The notes beneath the pieces are model-generated. The model did no database searches. It was not told the origin of the DNA and saw only the letters and a program-made list of their open reading frames with translations. DNA of 64,000 nt, taken from the NCBI GenBank assembly GCA_963822945.1, contig CAWGJO010000035.1:1-64000 (forward strand), written 5' to 3'. The stretch comes from an uncultured Gemmatimonadaceae bacterium (GTDB lineage Bacteria > Gemmatimonadota > Gemmatimonadetes > Gemmatimonadales > Gemmatimonadaceae). The translations under genes and the position numbers were made by a program. The first letter of the stretch is position 1. Each line of letters opens with the position of its first letter. This document shows positions 1 through 12,720 of the stretch, in pieces.

Positions 1-576
1 GGATTCGGCGTGGACGCCTCGCTCAAGGGCGATTTCCGGAACGCCACCTTCGAGCTCTCGCCGTACGTGAACTACATCGACCACTACATCTACGGCTTCC
101 TGCGCGGGGACACGATCCAGAACTTCCCGGTGCGCCAGTTCTCCGCCACGCGGGCGCGGCTGGCCGGCTTCGAGGCCGTGGTCACGGTGGCGCCCACCGA
201 CCACTGGGCGCTGCGCGCGAGCTCCGACTACGTCAACGCGCAGGACCTCGACGCCGGGATGCCCCTGCCCTTCATCCCGCCGCTGCGGGGGCTGCTGCGC
301 GCCACCTATCAGGCCAGCCGCTACTCCGGCACCATCGAGTGGCGCGGCGCGGCGGCCCAGAACCGGCTGGGCGAGGGCGACACGCCGACGGCGGGCTACG
401 GACTTCTCAACCTCGGCGCCGGCGTGCGGATCGTCCACGGGGGCATGGTGTCGGAAATCAGCCTGCACCTCGACAACGCCTTCAACACCGTCTACCGCGA
501 CAACCTCTCGGTGATCAAGGACTTCGTGCCGCAGCCGGGGCGCGGGCTCCGGCTGAATTACGAGTTGCTGTATTAG
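1..576 (+). CDS. TonB-dependent receptor, C-terminal part (truncated by window start)
   Basis: Amphipathic beta-strands; 'PLPFIPP', 'LDNAFNTVYRDNLS..K..VPQPGRGLRLNYELLY' C-terminal TBDR signature. Confidence 0.85.
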   Translation, partial: GFGVDASLKGDFRNATFELSPYVNYIDHYIYGFLRGDTIQNFPVRQFSATRARLAGFEAVVTVAPTDHWALRASSDYVNAQDLDAGMPLPFIPPLRGLLRATYQASRYSGTIEWRGAAAQNRLGEGDTPTAGYGLLNLGAGVRIVHGGMVSEISLHLDNAFNTVYRDNLSVIKDFVPQPGRGLRLNYELLY

Positions 577-782
577 CGCGGAAGGCGCCGCCCGCACCAA
601 AGGGGCGCGAAGGGGTATGAGCCTGCCGACGGCACGTGGTCCCGCCGGCAGGATCTCGGCATGCCGGAGAACCGGACCTTGAAATTGCGGGGTCGTCGGG
701 TGGAATATTCTACCCGTGCGACGCCCCACAACTCTGTGGGATGCTTGAACTTCCCCGCCGCCGAGGTACGAGCGCCCGTTTC

Positions 783-2455
783 GTGAAGATTCTCACCAAG
801 TACGTGCTGAAGGAGCACGTCGGCCCGTTCGTCTTCGCTTCCACGGCGCTGACGTCGCTCATGCTGCTCCAGTACATCGGCAAGCGGCTCGGCGACCTGG
901 TGGGCAAGGGGCTCCCCTGGCGCGTGCTGGCCGAGTTCTTCGTGCTCTCGATGCCGTTCACGGTGGCGATGACGCTGCCCATGGCCGTGCTCGTGGCCGT
1001 GCTGTACGCCTACAGCCGCATGGCCGCCGAGAACGAGATCACCGCCATGCGCGCCAACGGCGTGAGCATGCGGGCGCTGCTGGTGCCCACGTTGTTCGCC
1101 GGCGCCGCCGTGGCGCTCGTGATGCTGGTATTCAACGACCAGGTGCTCTCGCGGGCCAACCACCAGCTGGCCGTGCTCCAGAACGACATCACGCGCACCA
1201 AGCCCAGCTTCGCGCTCAAGGAACAGATCATCAACACGGTGGCCGACCAGAAGCTCTACCTGCGCGCCTCGCGCATCGACCGCGGGTCGCAGCACATGCA
1301 GGGCGTCGTGATCTACGACGTGAGCAACCCGCGCACCGCCGCACCATCTATGCCGACAGCGGCACGCTCGCCTTCGCCGAGAATCGCACCGACCTCCTGA
1401 TGCACCTGTACGACGGGTGGATGGTGGAGGTGCCGACGCAGCACCCGGAGCAGATGACGCGGCTGTTCTACAAGCGCGACCTGCTCCGCGTGCGGAACGT
1501 GACCAACACCTTCCAGGCCACCGACGCCGACTCGGCCTCGAAGAGCGACCGCGAGATGACGGTGTGCGAAATGCAGGCCCGGTTCGCCGACGTGGACTAC
1601 CAGTGGCAGCGGGCGCGCTACGATCGCGAGGTGGCCGCAAGCGGAGATGAGCCGGCTCAAAGGGGAGCGGAACGTCCCGTCGCCGGTGCAAGCCGGTGCG
1701 GCGCGAACCCCTTCGGCCTGGGACGCATCTACTGTTCGCTCCTCGACCGGCTGTTCGGCGTGAAGACGGCCTCGGCGGCCACCGTTCCGCCCGGCGGGCT
1801 GGCCACCGGCCCCGGCCGCGATCGCAGCAGACGGGACGCCGGCCGCAAGCCCAGGCGGTGCCGGCGTCGAAGCTGCCCCCATCGCAGGGCGGCATGCCGG
1901 CGCAGCAGACCGAGAGCACGAGCGCGCAGCCACCGATCCTGCGCTCGCTGCCGTCCGGTGGCCTGCGCCCCGGCGAGCAGGGGCCGCCGCAGTACGACGC
2001 GGGACTCGACGAACTGCAGCTCAAGGGCCAGGTCGAGCCCGCGAGGTCGCGAGAGCAGGTCACGCGCTATCATGCGCGTGCGCTACGACATCGAGATCCA
2101 GAAGAAGTTCTCGCTCGCCGCGGCGTGCCTGATCTTCGTGCTCCTGGGACCGCCGATCGCGCTGCGCTTCCCGCGCGGCGGCGTGGGGCTGGTGATCGGT
2201 GTGAGCTTCAGCGTGTTCGCGCTGTACTACGTGGGCCTCATCGGCGGCGAGACGCTGGCCGACGGCGAGATCATCTCGCCCTTCTGGGCCATGTGGGGCG
2301 CGAACATGATCCTCCTCCTGGTGGGCATCGTGATGACGCTCCGCATGAACCGGGTGTCGGGCGCGACCCGCGGCGGCGACTGGACCGAGATTCGCGAGAA
2401 CCTGCGCCACCTTCTGCGCCGGCTCATGGGCCGCGCGCCGCGGCGGGCGGCCTGA
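783..2455 (+). CDS. lptF: LPS export permease LptF (apparent frameshifts near 1335, 1840 and 2070)
   Basis: GTG 783 'VKILTKYVLKEH..PF', 'RMAAENEITAMRANGVS', C-terminal 'EIQKKFSLAAACLIFVLLGPPI'; pieces lie in three frames. Confidence 0.8.
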
Positions 2456-3548
2456 TGCGCATTCCCTTCGTCAAACCGCTCGACCGGTACGTGTTCGCCG
2501 AGTTCTGGAAGATCTTCCTGGTCACGGCGCTCGGCTTTCCGATCATCACCATCATCATCGATCTCACCGACCACCTGAACACCTATCTGCAGCGTCAGCT
2601 CACGCCGCAGGCCATCGCCCTGAGCTACGTGTACTGGGTGCCGCAGTCGATGTTCATGGTGTTGCCGGCGGCGGTGCTGTTCGCCACCGTGTTCTCGGTG
2701 AGCGCCTTCACCCGCCACTCCGAGATCACGGCGGCCAAGGCGTCGGGCACGAGCTTCTACCGGTTCATCGTGCCGATCCTGTTCGGCGCCCTGCTGGCCA
2801 CGGGGCTGGACCTCGTCATCTCCGACGTGATGCCGGCCGCCAACCGGGCCCACAACGATCTGATCAACGAGGACAAGTTCCGCGGCCAGAACCAGCGGTA
2901 CAACTTCGCCTTCGCGGGCGACAGCAACATGGGCCGCGTGTACAAGATCGGCACGCTCAACCGGCTCCTCGGCACCATCCGGAGCGTCCAGGTGGAACGG
3001 CCCGGCACGGGGCCCGACTTCCCCAGCTACATCATCGCCGCCAGCAGCGGCGCCTGGCAGAACGGGCACTGGACCCTCCGCGACGGCGCGATGCACATCT
3101 TCACCGACTCGGAGCCCGGCTACACCGTGGCCTTCCGGACGATGCGCGACAACGAGTTCAAGGCAGCAGCCCGAGGAGATGATGTCGCGCGCCCACCTGC
3201 CCGACGAGATGAAGTACGGGGAGCTGTCGCGCGTCATCAAGGCCATGGAACGCTCGGGCACCGACGTGAACGAGTGGAAGGTGGAGCGGGCGCTCAAGAT
3301 CGCGATTCCCGTCACCTGCATCATCATCGCGCTGTTCGGGGCGCCCCTGGCCACGAGCAACCAGCGCGGGGGCGCCGCCTACGGCATCGCCATTTCCCTC
3401 GCCACCACGGTTACGTTTCTCATGGCCGTGCAGGTGACCAAGGCGATCGGGGGCACGGGCATCATGCCCCCCGACCTGGCCGCCTGGCTCCCGAACGCCA
3501 CCTTTGCGGTGGTCGGCCTCGTCGCTCCTGGCCCGCGTCCGCACCTGA
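2455..3548 (+). CDS. lptG: LPS export permease LptG (apparent frameshifts near 3165 and 3520)
   Basis: 'PLDRYVFAEF', 'HSEITAAKASGTS', 'LAAWLPN'; TGATG overlap with lptF. Confidence 0.8.
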
Positions 3549-3550
3549 TC

Positions 3551-4411
3551 GTGACCCACTTTCCGCACCATCCACACGTCTCGGCCCACCGAGACGTTTC
3601 CAGTGGTCCAGCGTACGGGCATCCGAGTTCTTCCGGCGGGTGTCGCGCGCGGTGCCGGAACACGTTCCGCAGAAGTGCGGCGCGTGGACCTACTTCCTGC
3701 GCGACATCGGCCGCGCGGCTGATCGGAGCCCGCCACCTACGGGCCCGAGACGCTCCGCCAGATGAAGAACATCGGCGTCGATTCGCTGCCGATCACGGTG
3801 ATCGTGGCCGGGCTTCATCGGCAGCGTCATCGCGCTGCAGACGCGCTACCAGATGTTCCCCGGGCGTGCAGCTCTCGCTGGTCGGCCTGGCCACCCGGCA
3901 GATGGTGATCCTCGAGCTGGGCCCCCTGCTCACCGGGCTCGTGCTCGCCGGACGGGTGGGCGCCCGGATGACCGCCGAGATCGGCACGATGCGCGTCACC
4001 GAGCAGATCGATGCCCTGGAAACGCTGGCCTACGATCCGGTGGCCTTCCTCGTCCTGCCGCGGCTGCTGGCGGCGATCATCATGCTCCCCGTGCTGACGG
4101 TGTTCGCCGACTCGGTGGGCGTGGGCAGCGGCTACCTCATGGGAGTCTATGCGACCGGCATCAGTCCCAGCGATTTCAGGGACGGGTTGAAGCTGGGATT
4201 CGGGACATTTCAGGTAGTGTACAGCCTGCTCAAGGCGACGATGTTCGGGGGCGCCATCTCGTTCTTCTCCGCCTATGAGGGCTACATTGCAGAGGCCGGC
4301 GCCGAGGGCGTTGGCCGGTCCACCGCAACCGCGGTGGTCATCACGTCGGTGGCAATTCTCGTGTTGGACGCGTTGACCGCAGTCCTCCTCGCCCCGTACC
4401 TACAATCATGA
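3551..4411 (+). CDS. mlaE: MlaE family ABC permease (frameshifted 5' part; start uncertain)
   Basis: 'ELGPLLTGLVLAGRVGARMTAEIGTMRVTEQIDALETL', 'GAEGVGRSTATAVV'. Confidence 0.85.
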   Translation: MTHFPHHPHVSAHRDVSSGPAYGHPSSSGGCRARCRNTFRRSAARGPTSCATSAARLIGARHLRARDAPPDEEHRRRFAADHGDRGRASSAASSRCRRATRCSPGVQLSLVGLATRQMVILELGPLLTGLVLAGRVGARMTAEIGTMRVTEQIDALETLAYDPVAFLVLPRLLAAIIMLPVLTVFADSVGVGSGYLMGVYATGISPSDFRDGLKLGFGTFQVVYSLLKATMFGGAISFFSAYEGYIAEAGAEGVGRSTATAVVITSVAILVLDALTAVLLAPYLQS

Positions 4412-5295
4412 AACGACGCGACGAAGTCTCGGTTGGCATAATGATTACGGTCGCCGTGGTGGTCCTGCTCGCCGGCGTGCTCTGGCTCGCGCGTGGCGGC
4501 CTGTCGTCGGGCTACCCGCTGTACACCCGCTTCGCCTGGGGCCAGAACCTCAAGCAGGGACAGCCCGTGCTGCTGGCCGGCGTGAACATCGGCTACGTGG
4601 ACGACGTGGAGCTGCGGCCCGACGGCTATCTCGACGTCGTGATGCGGGTCAACAACCAGTACCACGTGCCCAAGACGGCCAAGGCCACCGTGCGCGCCGT
4701 GGGCTTCTTCGGCGACGTGGCCGTGGCGCTCACGCCGAAGCTGGGCGCCAACCTCACCATACGTTCGCCGCCGGCGACACGGTTCCTGCCGGCGCGCCCG
4801 AAGCGGGCGTGGCCGAGATCATGAGCAAGGCCGACTCGATCAGCGGCGCGTTGAGTCAGATCACGCACTCCCTCCAGGTGCAGGTGGTCGATGCCGGCGG
4901 CCTGCGCGACCTGCGCAGGACGATCGCCGCCGACCTCGGCGCTGGCCGCGCAGTTGCAGCAGATGGCCGCCCAGCAGAACGACAACCTGACGCAGACACT
5001 GACCGCGTATCGGAACGTGGCCCAGTCCATCGACACGGCGGCAGATCGATTCGACGGTGCACAACTTCCGCGCGTCGAGCCAGTACGTGTCGAGCACGGC
5101 GGCGAAGCTCGACACGGCGGCCTCGCGGTTGAACGAGATGCTGGCCCGGGCCAACGACCGAACGGAGCGCTGGGCCTGTTGTTCAGCGACAGCACGCTGT
5201 ACCGGAACCTGCGCAACTCGCTGGCGAGTGCCGATTCGCTCCTCGCCGACATCAAGCTGAACCCGGGGCGGTACATCAGCGTGCACATCTTCTAG
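4408..5295 (+). CDS. mlaD: MlaD/MCE family protein (several apparent frameshifts)
   Basis: N-terminal TM, 'LKQGQPVLLAGVNIGYV' MCE motif, C-terminal 'LYRNL...LLADIKLNPGRYISVHIF'. Confidence 0.8.
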
Positions 5296-5299
5296 AGTT

Positions 5300-5407
5300 C
5301 GGACAGGCGGACGGTCAGAGAGTCGGACAGTCGACAGTCAGACAGTCAGACAGGCGAACAGGCGAACAGGCAGGAACGGCAGCGGAACAGTCGAACAGGC
5401 GGACAGC
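5300..5407 (+). repeat. Degenerate 8-mer tandem array (GGACAGTC / GAACAGGC type)
   Basis: About 13 imperfect units directly after the mlaD stop. Confidence 0.8.
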
Positions 5408-5408
5408 G

Positions 5409-5440
5409 AGGCGGTGGGGCCGGACGGCCCCACCGCCTTC
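5409..5440 (+). terminator. GC-rich hairpin, probable terminator of the lpt/mla operon
   Basis: AGGCGGTGGGGCC-ggac-GGCCCCACCGCCT; short U tract. Confidence 0.55.
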
Positions 5441-5559
5441 GTGGTTGTCATCACCCATCCGCCGATGCGATCGCCATCTGCCCGCGTACGGTTGACCCAC
5501 CGGTCCCGGTCCGCGACCTTTCCGGAGCGGATTTTCCGCTCTCCGAGACCCGAACAGTC

Positions 5560-5841
5560 ATGCGCCTTCTGCTTGGCGAAGCGATCTTCTGGATCGCCGC
5601 CGTTTGTTGTCTGGTGGCCCAGGTGGCCATCATCCGGTCCGCCCTCAGCCCCCACGAGCCCACTCCCGGCAGCGATCAGGTGCCCCGCCCCCGTACCGGG
5701 ATCGAGGTGGTCTGGACGCTCCTGCCGGCGCTCGTGCTGATCGGCGTCTTCGCGCTCACCTGGCGCGCCATGCATCAGCCCACGGTGCCGGCCGCGTTCC
5801 GGCTCTCCGACCTGATCCGCGCCGCGAAGGCCCTGCTGTGA
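5560..5841 (+). CDS. Small 2-TM protein resembling the cytochrome c oxidase subunit II transmembrane domain, no CuA domain
   Basis: 'GIEVVWTLLPALVL' matches CoxII helix II motif (E..WT..P); 93 aa; GTGA overlap with ctaA. Confidence 0.65.
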   Translation: MRLLLGEAIFWIAAVCCLVAQVAIIRSALSPHEPTPGSDQVPRPRTGIEVVWTLLPALVLIGVFALTWRAMHQPTVPAAFRLSDLIRAAKALL

Positions 5842-6828
5842 AGGCGCTCCGCAAGTACGCGTACTTCGCCCTGGGCGTCGCCTGCCTGCACCTGGTGTTC
5901 GGCGCCATCGTGCGGATCAGCGGGTCGGGACTGGGGTGCGGCACCACCTGGCCCAAGTGCTACGGCTACTGGTTCCCCCCGTTCTCCCGCCCCGACCTGA
6001 TCATCGAGGTGATGCACCGCTACCTGGCGTCGATCGTCAGCCTGGCGCTGGTGGTGCTCTGGGTGGCCGCCTGGCGCCGGCGCTCCGAACCGGGCGTGGG
6101 TGGACGCGGCGGCGTGCTGCGCACGGCCACCGCGGCCGTGATCACGGTGTTCGCGGTCGCTCTCCTTGGCGGGGTGACGGTGAAGCTCGGCAACGCCCCG
6201 TGGACCGTGGTCGCCCACTGGACGCTGGCCATGGCGCTGCTCGGGATGCTCGCCGCTGCCGTGGTGCGCACGGGCGGCATGGGGGGCGCCGGCGTCCGCA
6301 CGCAGCAGGCCCCGCGCCGCTTCGTGATGAACGCGTACGCCACGGCGGGCCTGGCGTTCCTCACGGTCGCCATGGGCGGGCTCACCGCCAACTTCCCCTT
6401 TGCCGCCGTGGGGTGCACCACCTTTCCCTTCTGCGGCCCCAACCCCGACGCGCCGGCGAGCGCCGTGCACATCCAGCTCACGCATCGCACCATCGCCGTT
6501 CTCCTGGCGCTCTACCTGATCGGGATGGCGGTGACCGCCGGCCGGGCACCGTCGGGCCGACGGTGAAGCGGGCCCTGTACGTGGCCCTGGCGCTGGTGCT
6601 CCTGCAGATCGTCATTGCCGCGTCGATGGTGCTGCTGCACATGCCGCCCGAGTTGCGGTCGCTGCACGAGGCCACGGGCGTGGCGATCTGGCTGGCCACG
6701 TTCACGCTCGCCTACCTGGCGCGCATCGCCGCCGGACTCGGCCCGTTGGGCGAGGGGCGTCCCGCCATGTCGCCACCGCCGCCACCGCGCGCCGGCGGCG
6801 CCCACCGGCCGTTGGCCGAGGTGGGATC

Positions 6829-6832
<4 letters not shown>
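5838..6832 (+). CDS. ctaA: Heme A synthase COX15/CtaA (apparent frameshift near 6540)
   Basis: 'GSGLGCGTTWPKCYG', 'EVMHRY', 'VAHW', 'QLTHR', 'SLHEATG'. Confidence 0.85.
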
Positions 6833-9560
<2,728 letters not shown>

Positions 9561-9636
9561 CGGACTGACGGGCCGACGGGCTGAAGCTCGCGCCGGCCCT
9601 GCGCACGGATCCGGACGGGAGAACTCCCAGAGCATT

Positions 9637-9784
9637 TCCGTTCGATCCGTTCCAATCCGTTGAATCCGTATTCGATTCGTAGAAACCCCAAGTGGTAGAG
9701 CGGCGCGGGTGCCCGTGCGGCTCAACCGGTCGGGCATCAACGAATGGGATACGGATTCAACGGATTGGAACGGAAACGAACGGA
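9637..9784. repeat. About 44-bp inverted repeat around a 59-bp spacer, between convergent genes (MITE/REP-like)
   Basis: 9637-9680 TCCGTTCGATCCGTTCCAATCCGTTGAATCCGTATTCGATTCGT versus 9740-9784 ACGAATGGGATACGGATTCAACGGATTGGAACGGAAACGAACGGA. Confidence 0.85.
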
Positions 9785-9825
9785 TGGATTCATCGGGGCG
9801 AAGCGGCGAAGTGCCGCGCGCGCCC

Positions 9826-10698
9826 TCAGTGCAACTCGAGCTTCGCGTCCAGCGTCGACGTACGCCCCGGCTTCACGGTCACCGTCTGCTCCGTGACGCT
9901 GTCGGCACGCTCGTGCCAGACCCGCACGTGGTACGTGCCCGCGGGGAGCCCGCTGATGCGGTAGCGCCCGTAGCGGTTGGTGACCGCAAAGTACGGATGG
10001 TCGAACACGGCCACGAAGCCGCGCACGTACGGATGCCGGCTCAGCCGCACCCGCACCAGCCCGGTCTGCGCGGCGATCCTCGCACTCGGCACCACCGCCC
10101 ATCGATCCACGGTGAGCACGCGGCTCAACAGCTCCCCTTCCGACTCGCTGTAGAAGCGCGTGTGGTGCACCGTGGCGTCCTTGCTCTGCAGGTTGATGGT
10201 GGTGCCCTGCACCAGCGCCAGCATGCGGGGCACGAACTGGCAGCGCACGATGGCCAGGTCGGCCCGCCGGTCGCGGGTGAGCGCCTGCCCCTGGCGCACG
10301 TCGCTCACCCACACCAGCGCGCCCTCCAGATCCCGCCCGTAGTGAATCACCGAGCGGTCGCGCATCTGCGTACCGCACACCTTCGCTTCGTCGCCGCTCA
10401 GCGTGGTGTCGTGCCGTTCGGGTACGCTGTCCAGCGTGATCACCCCGCGGATGGAGCCGGGGTTGGAGACCGCCACCACGCGGTACGGGCCCTCCGGCGC
10501 GATGGCACGCGCGACGTCGGTGAGCGGATCAGCGGCTGCCGCGGCCGCGGCGGCCGTCGAATCCACGCCCGGCTTCGACGAACGGCCGCCGCCGGCTTCG
10601 CGCTTGCACGAGGCCAGCAGTGCCAGGGCAACCAACGGAACGACTCGGAACCGGAGGGTGCGGCCGCGCGCCCGCATCGCGTGCCGGTGCGGCGTCAA
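9826..10698 (-). CDS. Lipoprotein with cupredoxin-like and carboxypeptidase-regulatory-like domains (start may be ATG 10677)
   Basis: Lipobox 'LLASC'; 'CQFVPR', 'HPYFAVT..GRYRISGLPAGTYHVRVWHE'. Confidence 0.7.
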   Translation of the reverse strand: MTPHRHAMRARGRTLRFRVVPLVALALLASCKREAGGGRSSKPGVDSTAAAAAAAADPLTDVARAIAPEGPYRVVAVSNPGSIRGVITLDSVPERHDTTLSGDEAKVCGTQMRDRSVIHYGRDLEGALVWVSDVRQGQALTRDRRADLAIVRCQFVPRMLALVQGTTINLQSKDATVHHTRFYSESEGELLSRVLTVDRWAVVPSARIAAQTGLVRVRLSRHPYVRGFVAVFDHPYFAVTNRYGRYRISGLPAGTYHVRVWHERADSVTEQTVTVKPGRTSTLDAKLELH

Positions 10699-11876
10699 AC
10701 GATCAACATCTCCCGCTGGATGACCGACGGTGTGACCACGGCCTTGCCCGGCAACAGATGGACGTTCACCTCGCTACGCACGCCGATCTCATCCGGCACG
10801 TAGATCCCCGGCTCGATGGAGAACCCCACACCGTCGAGCAACTGCCGGTCCTCGTGGGTTTCCAGATTGTCCATGTTCGGACCCGAGCCGTGCAGTTCGC
10901 GCGGATCCATGGAATGTCCGGTGCGGTGCGTGAAGTACTTCCCGAAGCCACGGTCGGTGATCACGGCTCGCGCCGCGTCGTCCACTTCGGCGCCCAGGAT
11001 CGGCTTGCCGGCGGCCTGACGCTCCTGGACCAGCGCAATGGCCGCGTCCCGCGCGTCGCGCACCGCCGTCCAGATCTCCTGGGCGCGCTCGGACGGCGGA
11101 CCCACGGTGGCCATCCAGGTCTGATCGGCCCACACGCCCCCGTTCGGCTCGTGCGCCCACAGGTCCACCAGCAGCACGTCGCCCTCGCGAATCGGCTTGG
11201 ACGCCGTGGCCGTGGGTTCGTAGTGCGGATTCGCCGCGTTCGCGCCCACCGAGGCGTTGGGGCCGTGGTCGGTTTCCACGTTGGCCGCCTTGAACTGCTG
11301 CAGGATCCACTGCATCAGCTCGTACTCGGTCATCGGATCGGGTGTGCGGGCGCGCTGGCCCGCCAGCTTCATCCCGTCCTGGGCGATCCTGGCGATGATC
11401 GCCGCCGCGCGCTCGTGCGACGCCACGTTCTCCGGACTCCACGCCGCATAGAAGCGCGTCACCAGCGCCGCCGACGAGACCACCTCGGCGCCCGCCGAGC
11501 GCACCATCTCGAGCACGCCCGCCGGCACGCGGTCCAGATAGGGCACGGCGTCGCCCGGCGAGTACTCCATGGCCACGCGCTTGCCCTTCACGACCGCCTG
11601 CAGATGCTCGTCCAGCGACCGCCACGACGAGTACACCACCCGCTTCCATTCCTTGGGCCAGTGCACCCACGGGCCCTGCTCGATGGCGTGCGTGATCGCC
11701 ACCGGCGTCCCCTCGCGGGGGAAGAACGCGAACACCCGGCGCGAAACCAGCCCCGTGAGCCGCAGCATCCCGCCGGCAATCGGATTGGCGCCATGGAAAT
11801 CGAACAGCAGCCACCCGTCCACGTTCTGCTCGGCGAGTGCCTGCTGGAGTTTCGGAAGATTGGTTGGGTTGATCAT
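10695..11876 (-). CDS. M24 family Xaa-Pro aminopeptidase
   Basis: 'NPHYEP', 'DLWA', 'ADQTW', 'HRTGHS', 'SIEPGIY', 'RSE'. Confidence 0.9.
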   Translation of the reverse strand: MINPTNLPKLQQALAEQNVDGWLLFDFHGANPIAGGMLRLTGLVSRRVFAFFPREGTPVAITHAIEQGPWVHWPKEWKRVVYSSWRSLDEHLQAVVKGKRVAMEYSPGDAVPYLDRVPAGVLEMVRSAGAEVVSSAALVTRFYAAWSPENVASHERAAAIIARIAQDGMKLAGQRARTPDPMTEYELMQWILQQFKAANVETDHGPNASVGANAANPHYEPTATASKPIREGDVLLVDLWAHEPNGGVWADQTWMATVGPPSERAQEIWTAVRDARDAAIALVQERQAAGKPILGAEVDDAARAVITDRGFGKYFTHRTGHSMDPRELHGSGPNMDNLETHEDRQLLDGVGFSIEPGIYVPDEIGVRSEVNVHLLPGKAVVTPSVIQREMLIV

Positions 11877-11889
11877 GTCATCGCTCGTT

Positions 11890-11926
11890 GACTGTCCGAC
11901 TGTCTGACTGTCCGACCGTCCGACTG
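11890..11926. repeat. 8-mer tandem array GACTGTCC, about 4.5 units
   Basis: GACTGTCC GACTGTCT GACTGTCC GACCGTCC GACTG. Confidence 0.85.
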
Positions 11927-11928
11927 GT

Positions 11929-12546
11929 TCACGCCACCGACCGCCAGTCGGCGCGCCATTCGCAGATCCCTTCGCCGCGACCATCGCATCGTATGTGATC
12001 CACCGAGCCGATGCTACCGATCAGCAGCCGGAGCAGTTCGCGGAGCGCCGATTCGTAGTACGCGCACCCGATGCTCCCGGGAGCCGATCCCAGCGTCACG
12101 GAGCGCGGAACCTCCAGGAGGATGTGGCCGCCCACCCGGCGCGCCGTCCCGTTCAGGTACCGCGAGGCGAGGCGGCGGGCCCGCCGCATGGCCCACGGAC
12201 GGGCGACGAGCGACGGCAGCAGCCGCAGCAGCCGCCGGGTCACCGGCGACAGCGTCATGTAGGCCTCGCGCGCCAGATAGCGGCCCGCCGCCCGGAACAC
12301 CGCCTCGGCGTCGGGACGCCGTCCGATGAGTTTGGCCAGCGCCATCGACTCTTCCTGCGTGGCGCGCTGATGGCGCTTCACCGCCTCGTTGTACCGCTTG
12401 ATCTGCGAATACACCGTGTCGCTGAGGCCGAGCCGCTTGTTGCGCAGTTCGTCCACGAACTCGGCATCCAGATCGCCGGGCGTGTCCACATCGCGGACCG
12501 CCTCGAGCAGACTCAGCGGGAGCAGGGCGTCAACAGTAGAGAGCAT
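11929..12546 (-). CDS. V4R (4-vinyl reductase-like) domain protein
   Basis: C-terminal 'GCAYYESALRELL...HIRCDGRGEGICEWRADW' V4R Cys pattern. Confidence 0.65.
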   Translation of the reverse strand: MLSTVDALLPLSLLEAVRDVDTPGDLDAEFVDELRNKRLGLSDTVYSQIKRYNEAVKRHQRATQEESMALAKLIGRRPDAEAVFRAAGRYLAREAYMTLSPVTRRLLRLLPSLVARPWAMRRARRLASRYLNGTARRVGGHILLEVPRSVTLGSAPGSIGCAYYESALRELLRLLIGSIGSVDHIRCDGRGEGICEWRADWRSVA

Positions 12547-12720
12547 GCACAGGGTAGGAGGCAGCGTGCGAAGCTAACGGCCGTGGTGGCACGCAACAAG
12601 CCGGGAACATCGCCGGCCCTCGTGCGCTTAATCAATCTACGCGCTTGCCCGGCCGCCCGCGCCACTCGCAGATTGCAAATCGGCGCTTCGTGCGCCCCGT
12701 CACCGTCAACGGTCACAAGC

